From: Microbotryum violaceum
Lineage: Eukaryota
DNA length: 57,332 bases
Reading direction: 5' to 3'
Assembly: GCA_001244265.2 (NCBI GenBank)
Contig: CDLV01000006.1
Location: forward strand, 2,852,001-2,909,332
Positions 33,943 to 45,675 of the stretch are shown piece after piece. The notes beneath the pieces are model-generated. The model did no database searches. It had not been told where the DNA came from and was given only the letters and a program-made list of their open reading frames with translations. Each line of letters starts with the position of its first letter. Position 1 is the first letter of the stretch. The position numbers and the translations under genes were made by a program.

Positions 33943-35241
33943 TCAGATTCCCTTGCCCCACAACGTCCCCGTCTTGCCTTTCATTTCCCCTCTCCGCACC
34001 CAGGCACCCCACATCAATCCAGCAGCAGCAAACGGAACGATCGTCGCCGCGATCGCGACTCCCGCCGTCGTCTCGGCCGTGCGGTAGAGCAGACCTTTCG
34101 GACCCAACTCGTCGTCGTCGTCGGCCGAGGATGAGGATGAGATCGTACCCTCGTGTTCGGAAGGGCGGGAAAGTCGAGGTGGCATATTCGAGGAAGAGGT
34201 TTTGCGAGATGTAGGCTCGGTCGGCGATCGAGGTGAGTTTGCTGTCGAGTTGGGCTCTTTGGAAGTGGGCGAGGAGCTCGACTTGAGATACCCGCCGACC
34301 ACGGGGAGCGATTGCGCCATGGATATCGGAACATGAACCGCAGACCGTGCAAGGTGAATGGGAAGGTAGACGGCTCGCACAGTCGTGCTGTACGCGAATG
34401 ATGTCGTGCTTGACGCGACTCGGCGAGCAAATCGAGGTGGGGCGAGGGCGAGCGAGAAGAGAGCCGATTCTGAGGAAGGAGTCGAATCTCGGGGTCGATA
34501 CGCTTCGCAAAGTTTATGATCAAGAGAGATATCTTTTGAATTCGCTCCACTCGACTCGGATCGGGAGGACTGCAGTGCATTGTCTTGTGCTGCCTCGGCC
34601 GTATCCTCGTTCGCCTCGACTTGGGGTATCGCCTGCTCGACACTCGGCTGCCCCAACTCTTGGCCCTTGCCTTCTTCTGAGCTCGATTCTTGAAGTTCGG
34701 CCAAGAGAGATGGGGGTGGTCTCTTTTTGCGCAGCTTGTTGGGCGAGTCGTCGGTGTTGGTCGCTGCAACGTGTTGCTGGTGCTGTGCCTCGGCATCAGC
34801 GGCGAGACGCTCGCGGAGGGCGCGCAGAGCAGAGGGTGAGGACGGAGAGGTGCCTGCTGTGCTTTGTTGATCTGTCGTCGAGTGGTCAAACGTATGGGTG
34901 GACGAATGGGCGGTATGCACCGACGAGGCGGAAGAGTTGACCGATCTGAGCGAGGAGAGGCGAGAGGTGAATGAGCGGCAGTTCGGATCCATTCCCCCAC
35001 CGATTCTATGGACTCACCTGGGTAGTGAATGAGTATCCCTCAACGAAACCAAGTCGGCATGGTCTGCGATGACGGTGACGACGGCGTCGGTCGCCTCGGC
35101 GGCTGCGACGATCGGTGACGCCGACAGCAACGACACGGGTGCGATCGAGGTCGTGGCCTTGTTGGGCGTCGAAGGGGCCGTCATCCGAGGCGACGTCGTG
35201 CTGTTGCGCGGCTTGGACGTCTTTTTCTTCAGTTTGGGCAT
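33943..35241 (-). CDS. Hypothetical Ser-rich protein with C-terminal hydrophobic segment (two exons)
   Basis: ORFs 35014-35337 and 33943-34992 join through a GTGAGT..CAG intron (about 35017-34945). C-terminal GVAIAATIVPFAAAGLMWGAW. Confidence 0.65.
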
Positions 35242-36405
35242 CGTGCGAGTTGAGGATTCGAGTGGTGCGTGTGGTAAAGAGACACCGCAGCGGCTGAGCG
35301 CTGATTGCCGATTAATGATTGTCGATGACGCTGGCAAGCGCGCGCGCCCGTGCGACGTGAGCGCATGACGTCGTTACGGCTAACCTACAGACTCAGGCCG
35401 TGCAAAAATGCACGATTGCACGTGATCGGCGCACGGGCAAATGTCGGGTATTCTACTTGCTTTTCACATCATTAAGTCAGCCCGAGCCAGACGCATTCGC
35501 AATGGCGTCAGCAACTCAAGCAGGACACTCATGGGCGGTAGTGTTGCTCCGGGACCTAAGCGCTGTGTCTCGATACGACGCTTCTTGGCACGAGGCGCAG
35601 CCAACCTCGATTTCTTCTTCTTCTTCTTCTGGCCAGGCCCTTCCCCTAAGACTTCGCGCTGGGTTGTCGTAGGATTGTTGTGGCGAGAGGCAGGCAAGAC
35701 GTTTCAAATGGGATGAATCGTCGGAGTCGGAACTTGTCATCTCGTCATCAACAACGTGGCCGACGTTATCCTCCCCGCCGCCGGACAACGATGATGCTGG
35801 TGATGAGCAGGGGGGACAGGAACGCTGGCGGATTAGTTTCCGTTCTTTTCTACGAGCTAGAAGAGGAGTCATTGAACTTCTTGCAAGCCTTCAACCTAAT
35901 GCTAACGCGGCAGTGGCACGAAATGTGGAGTCTATACCATGAGCCCTCCGATCCTACCGATATCGGCATTAAAATGTCAAGTCTACCACCCAAAGGGACT
36001 CTTGAAGAAGGACAAGGTGTCTGGAAGATGGAAGATGCGTCGGCTTTTTTTCATGAATGCGAGATAGTGAGTGTCGGGAACGCCAAAAAAGCAGATCAAT
36101 AGAGCTGACGATGCTCTCCTCTTACAATGTTTTCCAGCGGTGCAGTGCTCCTGGAGGAAATCACAGTGGGGAACATTCATGTTGATGGCAAGTTTGACTC
36201 ACAAAGTTGTGCCCCAGTGGTCCAGTGAAGTTTTGGCCTTGTCAATCACTAATGTAGTGTACAGCAGGGGCTATGATAGCGGTCAGCAATACTATGTATA
36301 ACTAAACTTTGTGCAAAAATGGGCATGGCGATACTTTGACAACCACTGGTGTACGGAAAGAGTCAATTATTCACCAGCAGCAGCCAGTGCTCTTTGCGCG
36401 CGAGC

Positions 36406-36668
36406 GTATCCTTACGCATGTCACGTGCGCGCGCGGGCGTATCCTTACACATGTCGACATATGTAAGGATACGAGGGTGCGGTAAGGATACGGGAGGTGC
36501 GGTAAGGACACATAAATTTTGAATCACTACAAGTCTTGCAATACACATGCTATCGTGTAGTCCTTGCAGACACCATTCAGAAATAGTTATATGTTGATGT
36601 TACAATATCAAGATGAACAGATTTGGTTGTGTATTGACCTTAACTCATGTGTAAGGATATATCCTTAC
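36406..36668. repeat. Cluster of seven GTAAGGA(T/C)A motifs in both orientations, forming two palindromes
   Basis: Copies at 36406, 36439, 36463, 36482, 36502, 36651 and about 36660. Confidence 0.85.
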
Positions 36669-36749
36669 ATGTATACAAGCCGCCGCCGGGGCCCTCTTCA
36701 CTTCCCGCCGTCCACTTGGGGCCTGATCACCTCCAGCATCTCGCTCTGT

Positions 36750-39426
36750 ATGGCTTCTTCCAACGAAGCGACGCCAATTGTTTCCTCCAACTCTCGGCCA
36801 CCAACGCTCACCCGACTCCTTGCTACTTGTGCTCCATCCAGCTGGTTTTTTCCGCCACCGCACCACGATGGAGCGTGTCACTCAACTTCTTCGCGCGTTC
36901 AAGCCGATGCTGGGACGACCGCCTACGATTGCGTCGCCCGGCTGGGAGGATTGAAATGGGACTCACCCGCGTCACCTGGCGCCAGGGTTCTCAGCTCGTT
37001 CTTCGATATACTCGAGCAACACCCCTCATTGCTGGACCTGTTCCGCGAGGAGCTAGACGCCATCAGCAATGCTCCTCGCAGCCGGTTGCCTCGGAAGAGC
37101 GAACGCAACGTCGAAATCTCGTTCCATGACCTCTTCGCTACCGGTCTACGCCCTGCAACGGAGGCGCTGCTCGATCATCATGCCGCGATCACCGAGGCCG
37201 TCGGAGCTTCTTCCGCTTCCGCATCGACCTCCGCCACGAGACCCAGGTACTCGGTTTGGTTGGACCAACCTGAAAGTGCTCTCCGCACGCAGGGCGATGC
37301 TGTCGTCTACATTGAACGTGGGGCTGGCGACGTCGTTTCAAGTATCTCGATCGAATACAAGCGGGACAACGTACATCATAGCTTGGCCAAGGTACGCCAG
37401 GAGGGCCTCTCGCATATTCCCTTACTCGACCACGGGGCCCCAGTGCCACTTCAAAAACTAGAGGAAGAAGAGTCGAAGGGTGCAGATGCTGTGGCGACCA
37501 AGGTGAGGCATGCATCTTGCAGGCTTGGACATACGCTTTCTCGATCCGGCCTCGAAAATATCTGCGTTTACTCATTTCATCTTTTCATGCTCGTAAAGGC
37601 CATCATCCAATGCGTCTCTAGCGAGAGTCGATTCTTTTTGCTGCTGTCGGTTCCGTTCTTCCAAATTGGTGAACTGGGTACGTCGTAGATTTGAACTCAC
37701 CAAAACCTGTCGAAACTTTCCGGGCCCCACTGACGCATGCGATCATGCGGTCTTGCTTTGGCCATTCGCCCGCCCACAGTCCAGCACCAGTCGACGCATG
37801 CTGCAACGGCAAGCGATCCCGTAGCGTCGACCTCAGCGGCGTCTGCCTCAATCTCGGCTGCGACCGCGTACTCACTGGCACCGCCCCTCAAGGCCAGGTA
37901 CAGCCTGGTTCTACAAGAACTCGCCCGATGGGTAGAGCCCTCTCCGACGACCATGAACCCAGACGCGGCCGAAATACTTGGCGCCGATCTTCCACGACGG
38001 TCACTCATCGTGTCGTTCATCGCTCTAGCTTTCACAGCCTTTATTGAAGTCCCCAAGCCGGACCAAGCCACCATGGATACACTGCTCGATGCTCAACCTC
38101 CGAATCGGCCTCGTCTTCGCTCCAATCCGGACTTGGACCCTAACTATGAACTCTCCCCGCGGGTCCAAAAATTCTCGAAGACTTCGACCGAAGCCACCGG
38201 TGCTCGTCGTTCGGGGCGACTGGCAGGCCAACCACCGCGAGCTCAAAGCAACCCTTCGAATCGACCGGTCACCCCGCCCATCTCCGTAGGGTTGCAAAGT
38301 GATCCCTCATCCGACTCGTTGACGCCTGTCACTCGCATCTTTTCGTCCCCTTCTGCATCGACGGATTGGAGTCCTGCGACCTCGCCGCTCTCCGGCTCGG
38401 GCCTCCCATCGAAATCGATCACCATAGTTCAAGATCGTGGGTTCGTGATCAAGGCCAGCTTGTCGAGCGCGTACTGGTCTACGATGGTGCGTCACGCGCT
38501 CTACCATGCTGCTCCCGTCCTAGCCCTGGGAGCCCAGCTCACAGAAAGGATCATTCACTTTATGCTCTTGCGCAGTCGTACACGGGCACGAGCCGCATAG
38601 AACTGGTCGAGATCGGGTTTGATATCGTCTCTTCGGTTCCTTCCGACTCGCCCCTTGCGTCCCGTCTGCCGTCAAAGCCTTCCCCAGCGAGCGATTTTAT
38701 TCGGGGCCTCCATCTGTCCGATGTGGTTTTGCGGTGGCTGTCTGAAAACCCCCGGGAAGAGCTCAAGGACGATCGAATCCCCCTCGAACTCTTGGATCGG
38801 TTCGAGCCCACTGCGGATCTTCGTCTGGAGAAGGAGGTCGGGTCGGGAAGTACTGCCGGAGGGTGGCTTGCGAAGGTGGTGCAAGTCAACCGACGTTTGT
38901 GCTCATCGACCAAAGCCGAGGCACCCCTTGTTGATCACCCTGCTCCGAACACGACGTATTTTCTCAAGCTCGTGACGTGTAGATACGTCGGCTCCGTCAT
39001 CCGCGAGACGCTGTTTTACCAGCACGTCTTGCCCCACCTCCCCGAGCATCTTCGAAAACATGTCCCGCAATATCACGGCACATATCGAAGGACGAATGGA
39101 AACGGATACGCCATGGTGCTTGAGAATGTGGGCAAAACGATGAACGAGCTCGACTTCTACGGATCGCCGGGCGAATTGTGGTAAGTTCCTGCAGGGCGGC
39201 GCACTGATCCAGCCATGTGCAAGCCGGTCAAGAGGCCGCGCGGATTCCTGACCCTCTGATTTTTTTTTCTTTTTTCTACGGGAGGTGCAGGGAGATCGAG
39301 GCGGCTTTCAAGGAACTCGGCATCATGCACAATGATGTCAGGGCCGGCAACGTACTGGTTCGACCCAACAATGGCCCTCTTTGCTTCGTTGATTGGGGAC
39401 GATCGTATCTCAAACTCCGAGTGTGA
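36750..39426 (+). CDS. PD-(D/E)xK-like nuclease + C-terminal protein kinase (gene C, Spok/CRN-like architecture), multi-exon
   Basis: TQGDAVV..SISIEYKR in exon 1. Kinase motifs VGSGSTAG, YFLKLV, IRE, VPQYHG, MHNDVRAGNVLV, FVDWGRS. GT-AG introns link the ORFs. Confidence 0.72.
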
Positions 39427-40263
39427 ATCTTTTCTCTCCTCCTCCTTCTGAGGTCTCTGTTTTTGTCTCTCTTCTATGCTTGTTTTATATTTTGTACGCA
39501 CTTTTTGTACGCACTTTCCCTCAGGTTCATCTGCAATGCGCAACGCTCGTCATCTCGTTCATCTCATTAGCGTCGTAGTTGGACTCGAGAGCACCCCGAG
39601 CTGAATGGACCTCAGCTCCTACCGGTTCGGCGAGAATCGTGCTTCTGGACTGAGGTTGAGGCTGGAAGAAGAGAGAGAGAACAAAGGAGGAAATGAAAGG
39701 TCTGCATGGAATGAACCGCCCCCCCCCCCAAGAGACAAGTTCACTCAGTCTTAAGTTAGGTAGTGGCCCCAGAGCCAGAGGCACGATGTCGCCTGATCCG
39801 CGGTGAGAATTTATGTTGTCGAGTTTCGTCGGCCCTCCACCACCCAGTGCAGCTCGCCCTAACCCGGGCTTGAACGTACATCCACGTCACCGAGCACTCG
39901 CCTCGAACCACTGCATACACGCAACATTAGGTGGAAAACTATTTCGACTTTTTCAATTTTGCGGCACTCGCCGAGGAAGATGGCAATTCCTATCCTCTCG
40001 AGTCGATCATACTCGTGTTCATCCGCCCATCGTCTGTCCGATTCCAGTGGAGGCTGGTCACTCCCGGTGGCAAGTCTTGAATACGAGCAGGGAGTGGGAG
40101 GAGGGTGAGGGAGAACAGGATTTGAAGCGACTTTCACTTCGTTGCGAAAGGTCGTTGCGGAAGGTCGAGACTGGTCGAGACCTCAACTACCTGTCATGAG
40201 AAAACGGAATCGCTCCAACGCCAGTCCAACGCCGCGCCCCCCGCCCAAGCGCAATCCGAGTCA

Positions 40264-42570
40264 ATGCGCCGCGTCTCGTCTTCACTTGCGCCCCCCACCC
40301 CCGCCACCACCCAATCGCTGCCGACACACCTGCCCAGCTCGTCGGCTCCCACCCCGGTGACGCCGACGCCCAGGCGGATCAACCACAACACGACTCGACC
40401 AGGGCGAGCAGGTCGCTCACGCGAGGCCGTAGGCCTGTCAGGCATGTTGGACCTCGACGATGCCTTGCCAAAGTCGAGCCCAATGAAGTCGAGTCCTGTC
40501 GTGTCGATGACGGTCACGGGGGCAGAGAGGGAGCAACAGCTCTTCGCCCACATGGGCAAACCTCGACTCTCGAAGGCGATGGACAAGTACTTCCTTGCTA
40601 CGCCTTCGAAGTACGAGGCCAAGATACTCGAACCGAGGAAGAAATTGTGGACGGACTCGGAGGCTGCGATGAGAGAGATCGCAAACGCGATCAAAGATGT
40701 GGTGAGTGCCCCGGTGCTATCGCTTGGCTTCGACCGCACGAGTATGACTGACCACTGTCTCCCGATCATTGATGCACCCGGGTGTAGACTGGTGATGGAC
40801 GTCTGGTCGGATGCGGCAACTCGGGTAGCCTCATCAAGCTGGCGCTCGATCGCGGGGAACAGGAGAAGACGCCCGACGCCGTCATATTGACGCATGCGGC
40901 GGTGGCCGCTTCCCCCGATCTTCCGTTCGTTTGGGCGCAGTCAGAGCACCCAACGTCGAAGTAAGGCACGCCCCCGTCGCCTCAACGCGCATACTCGCAG
41001 ATTGCAGTGGCGATTGGGGTGAAAGAGAGCGACACGAAGAGCGCAGAAGCGCGTAATCAAGTGCTTAGGCGGCTACACATGACCTGCAAGACCGCACTCC
41101 GCGCCCACGCGATCGGGGTCACCCTTTGCGGGGAAGTACTTCAAGTCTACCTCGTCAACGGGTGTGAGGTATTCACGACGAGCGCCCGCAAGTGCGGTCA
41201 GGAAGCCGTGCTGCTCCGGCGCGTGCTGTCACACCTCATCGAACTCGACGACAACGGGCTCGGGATGCTGGCCTCGACGAACGAGGTCGACGATGGTTTC
41301 GGCAATTTTATCGTCTCGGACAAGTTTCTCCCACCCCGCGCCCACGACTTCGAGTTCGGGCTTGGCGATATCTCAGATCTCGAGATCCAGGAGCTCCTCT
41401 TCCGACGCCGAAGCTGCTTGGGTCGCGCAACTTCCGCTTTTCGCGTCACCGCAAGACACGCGCCTGTCGACCCGACGTCAATCACCTCGCCTAACCCTGC
41501 CGCCGAGTACGCTATGACAGTCGCATGGGTCGAGCAATCCCGCCTCGACGATGCGATTGCCCTACGTCGCAAGATGCACGCTGCGTCGCGTATCGACACC
41601 GAGGGTTTAAGCCTTAGCGCCGGCATCTATCAGGACGACTTCCGCACGCTTCCAGCTTTCTTCGGTGATGATGAAAGCTTCGATGATATCGGGCCCCGGG
41701 CACTCGAGGTGGTCTTCCACCGACAGTGTTATCGGCCCCTCAACACGGCGACCACGACCAGGAAACTTGCCCAGGCCGTACTTGGAGTCGTCAAAGGTGA
41801 GCACGGGAATCAACTGGGCGGCCTTGCGTTTGCGCTCCCTAGCCGACACGCCTATTCCCATGACAATGCAGGACACCGAAACCTCTACAGGCTGGGGTAT
41901 ATCCACCGGGATATCTCGTACGGTAACGCCGTCATCGACCACGATGGTGTCGGCGCCCTCATCGATTATCACCTCGCCGTCCCGCATGATCGACCTTGCA
42001 ACGAGCTGCACCACAGAATACGATCCGTGCGTCCTCCCCTCTGTATGTTTCCCCGAATGAAGTTTTTGACAAGAACTAACGTTTGGACTATACGACGTCT
42101 TACAGGGCACGTGGTCCTACCTCGCCTGCTCGATCCTCGCTCAACCGAACGAGCCACTCGGTGTCGTCCACGAACGGTGGCACGACATCGAGTCGCTCTT
42201 CTACGTCGTGATGGAAATTTCGTTTCGCGAGCCTTCCCAGGGCAACAATGAAGAGCTTGTCATGACGCCAAAGGGTCAGATTATCTGGGCGGACTGGAAT
42301 CGGCCAGAAGCGCACGTAGTCTATACCTTCAAGGTTGTGCTTCGCAGGGATCCGGCATACCGATCTGTACTCCAAGGCTGCGCACATCGATGGACAAACA
42401 TCCGCCTACTCCCTGACATCTTGAGACACCATTGTGGTCTTGATAACCAGTTCAATAATTTCGAGGTGGCGGAGGAAGAAGCCCAACTGGGGGAGTTGTG
42501 GGGTCCATCCAAGGCGATGTCGCACGAGTCCATCATCTCGGACATTGAGCAGCTGCTTCCCTTGCTCTGA
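40264..42570 (+). pseudogene. FunK1-type REase-kinase (gene D), paralog of genes A and B, with in-frame TAA
   Basis: KTPDAVI..AYSQIAVAIGVKE, GVTLCGE, IHRDISYGN, IDYHLA, GTWSYLA, WHDIESLFYV. TAA at 40962-40964 lies in sequence that is in frame with the family alignment. Confidence 0.8.
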
Positions 42571-43734
42571 AGTGACCACCTTTGCGCTGGGCTTAAATAT
42601 AGTTGCTCGTTGTTGATTCCGATTATTGCAATAGATACCCAAGGTCATTTTCCGTCCGTTCCAGTATAATTCCAGGCTGGAAATAGCGCTGCGCCAGCGG
42701 TGCCTTCATTCGGCTCGACTGTGCAGAGTTTCTGGCCTAAGTCGTAATCTTGAGGGCCCTTACATCATTCGCGTTTTGCTCATAGGAGTGTTATTTTTGG
42801 AAATGTATCAGGTTTATTGTCCTGTCCCGTGTATCAAAACGCGTGGCCTTGAACCAACGAAATGAAAGCCCATAGCCCCGCACCAAAATCTTGTCTTTGA
42901 TCTCACTGACCTCTCGAGATTTGCCACACAACACCACCTCATTGCTTCATATCTTACTCGAACTCGATTCTACGGTGCACACGTTGGATCATACAGTCAC
43001 GACTCGGGCTTGTCCGAGTCCACACCATTCGGCGTTGGACCGTGACGATCATTCGCACTCTCAATCGATCTCGGCGATTCGCTCGACCAGCTTGATACGT
43101 GCGTTCAGCATCCCACATATGCGAGTTGCACGATCATACACGCGGCAGCAAGCCTGGTCATTTGGTCGTGGACTGCGCTCAGCGTCGCACGGTGTTCCAT
43201 CTCCTCTCGCTTCGCTTCTTCTTGCACTCCCCTCGCTTGGTATCGACAAACTCGTTTGGCATTTACTAAGCGAGCACACGTCCGAAAGGTGAAAGGTCAG
43301 TGTGTGCCTTCGACCTAGGGCCTTCCCTTCCTCCACACCCTGTGTTGCAAGTATGTGCACTCTTGCTTATGTACGACTTTTCATTCGTTACACCAGGTCT
43401 CAGATTCCGGCCTGCGCTTAGATCGACTCTTTAGACTCCGACTCGCTCCAAACCGTTTCTCGCTCTCATGGATGAATGATCATCGTCTCTTTCAATTGAG
43501 GATCCAGACTTCTTCGGCGGGATTTGCTCTGCTCGACTTTGATCTCCTCTCCATCGACCCGGGCCTCAGCCCAACTTGGTGCGACCGATCATCGCTCGTC
43601 AATGAGCATGCAGGCTCTCATCTTTGCCGCTGCTGTCTTCGCCACCCAAGACTTGACATTCGCCGATGATCTGTGTGAGGAGAGTGTGTGAGGAGGTATA
43701 AGGGATAAAGGGGTACCCCTTGGGGTTACCTCTC

Positions 43735-43857
43735 AGGGTTACAACGGGTTAGAACGGGATATGAACGGGCTAGGAACGGGATATGAACGGGCTAGGAACG
43801 GGTTAGGAACGGGTTACAACAGGTTAGAGCGGGTTGGGAACGGGTAGAACGGGCTAG
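43735..43857 (+). repeat. Degenerate 10-11-bp tandem repeat (AGGAACGGGTT), about 11 units, contains GGGTTAG cores
   Basis: Seen directly. Confidence 0.88.
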
Positions 43858-43949
43858 CGAACAAGCAGTGACTCTGGCGTCGAACGGTGACAGGACTCCA
43901 TGATGCCCGGAGCGGTGCGGGTGATGGCGCCAACCGGCCAAGACGGTAC

Positions 43950-44882
43950 TGAGCGCTGAGGAGTCGTTGCTATCGAACGGTGACAGGATCCGTCGAGGAG
44001 CTGCTGTCGTCGAAAGTTAACAGGAATTTCTGACGAGTCAGACGCTCAAGAGCTGTTGTCGTCGAAAGATGACAGTATTCGAGAGGAAGAGGACGCTGAG
44101 GAGCTGCTGTCGTCGAAGATTGGCAGAGATTTCTGAGGCATTAGATGCTCAAAGACCGCCGTTGTCGAAATATGACAGAATTTTCCCAAGAAGAGGACGT
44201 TCATGAGCTGCTGTCGTCGAAAGATGGCAGGATTTTATCAGGGAGAGCACGCTGAGGAGCTGCTGTCGTCGAAAAATCACAGGATTCTCTGAGGAAGACG
44301 ACACTGAGGAGCTGCTGTCGTCTGAAGTTTCTGAGGAATTAGATGCTCAAAAGCTCTGGTCCTCGAAAGATGACATGATTCGGGAGGAAACGGACGCTCA
44401 GGACCTGCTGTTGCCGAAAGATGACAGGATTCTCTGAGGTAGTGGACGATCAGGAGCTGCTGTCGTCGAAAATTATCAGGATCCGGGAGGAAGTTGACGC
44501 TCAGGAGCCGCTGTCGTTGAAAGAGGACAGGAGGACTTGGCCGCTGAGGAGCTGATGTCGTCGAAAAATGTCAGGATTTGAGAGGAAGTTGATGCTGATG
44601 AGCTGCTGTTGTCGAACGATGACAGAATTCTCTGAAGAAGACGACGCTGACGAGCTGTTGTCGTCGAAAAATGACAGGATTCTCTGAGGAAGTGGACGCT
44701 CGGGAGCTGCTGTCGTCGAACGATGATATAATTTTCTGAGGATGTGGATGCTGAGGAGCTGTTGTCGTCGAAAAATGACAGGATTCGGGAGTAAGTCGAC
44801 GCTCAGGAGCAGCTGTTCTCGAAAGATGACAGGATTCTCAGAGGAAGACGACGCTGATGATGAGCTGCTGTCGTCGAAAAAT
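43950..44882. repeat. Minisatellite, 51-52-bp unit, about 18 diverged copies
   Basis: Consensus approximately GCTGAGGAGCTGCTGTCGTCGAAAGATGACAGGATTCTCTGAGGAAGAGGAC. No long ORF spans it. Confidence 0.92.
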
Positions 44883-45675
44883 GTCTCAATTATAATGGCA
44901 ATTCCAAAATATCACATGTCACAGACTCCCGCGACCTGCAAAGAAGCTCGCGCGAGCACCCTGTGGTATCTGAGAGAAGGATGCGACCACTGCACTAGAA
45001 TCAGAAAAAGGAGGCCGCAGATTGGCCTCAGGACCTGCTGGCATGCAACGTGCTTTCCCTTCCCGCTACCAATAAGCTTTGCATCTAAGCTCGCAAAAAA
45101 AAGACTTGCATGAGCTTATCCTTGGTGAACCATTTGACAAGGTCTTATAACCTCGGTTTGATCACTAGCCTGTATCGGCATCGGCATCGACCGGCATCCT
45201 ACTGATGCTCGCGGCTCGTGCGCCCGAGCGCCGGCTCGTCGACTGGACAGAGTAGGACAGAATCATTTTGCAGGAGCGCGCGCCTTGTGAGATAATGTGA
45301 TTGTTAACTTCCTATGTTTCCTTCTCGCATCATGTCCCCTTTTCTCGGTTTCTTCTTACCTCCTATTTGGCCTGCCTTTCCACACCTTAGCTCTCTCCCT
45401 TTTATGGGCTGGGTCCGTGCGCCTGACAGAGGCGGCTGGCCCAGCCGCGCGCTCACCCGAGCCAACGGCCCGGCCAAATTAGGCGGCGAAAAGCAGTCCA
45501 AAACTCGCGCGCGAGGACAATAAAAAGCTGAAGGGTGTGGAGAGCCCGCCGCCCCAATGCCCACCCAGCCACGTACAGCCGCACTTTCCCTCCACCAACC
45601 TTACACCAGCCTCACACCAAGAACAAGCGACCCTGCTCACCACTTCATCTCTGCATCTGTATCGCTGCACTGATC

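Noticed and set aside
40961..41000. 40-nt GTAAG..CAG intron that would remove the TAA in gene D
   Set aside because: Splicing it would shift the frame, and the segment encodes RAYSQ, which aligns with RSWSQ of gene A.
42891..43670. Possible gene between D and the tandem repeats
   Set aside because: Many stops in the most protein-like (minus) frame and no identifiable family.
43950..44882. CRISPR-like array
   Set aside because: The variable parts are homologous to each other rather than unique spacers, the repeats are degenerate, the context is eukaryotic and there are no cas genes.
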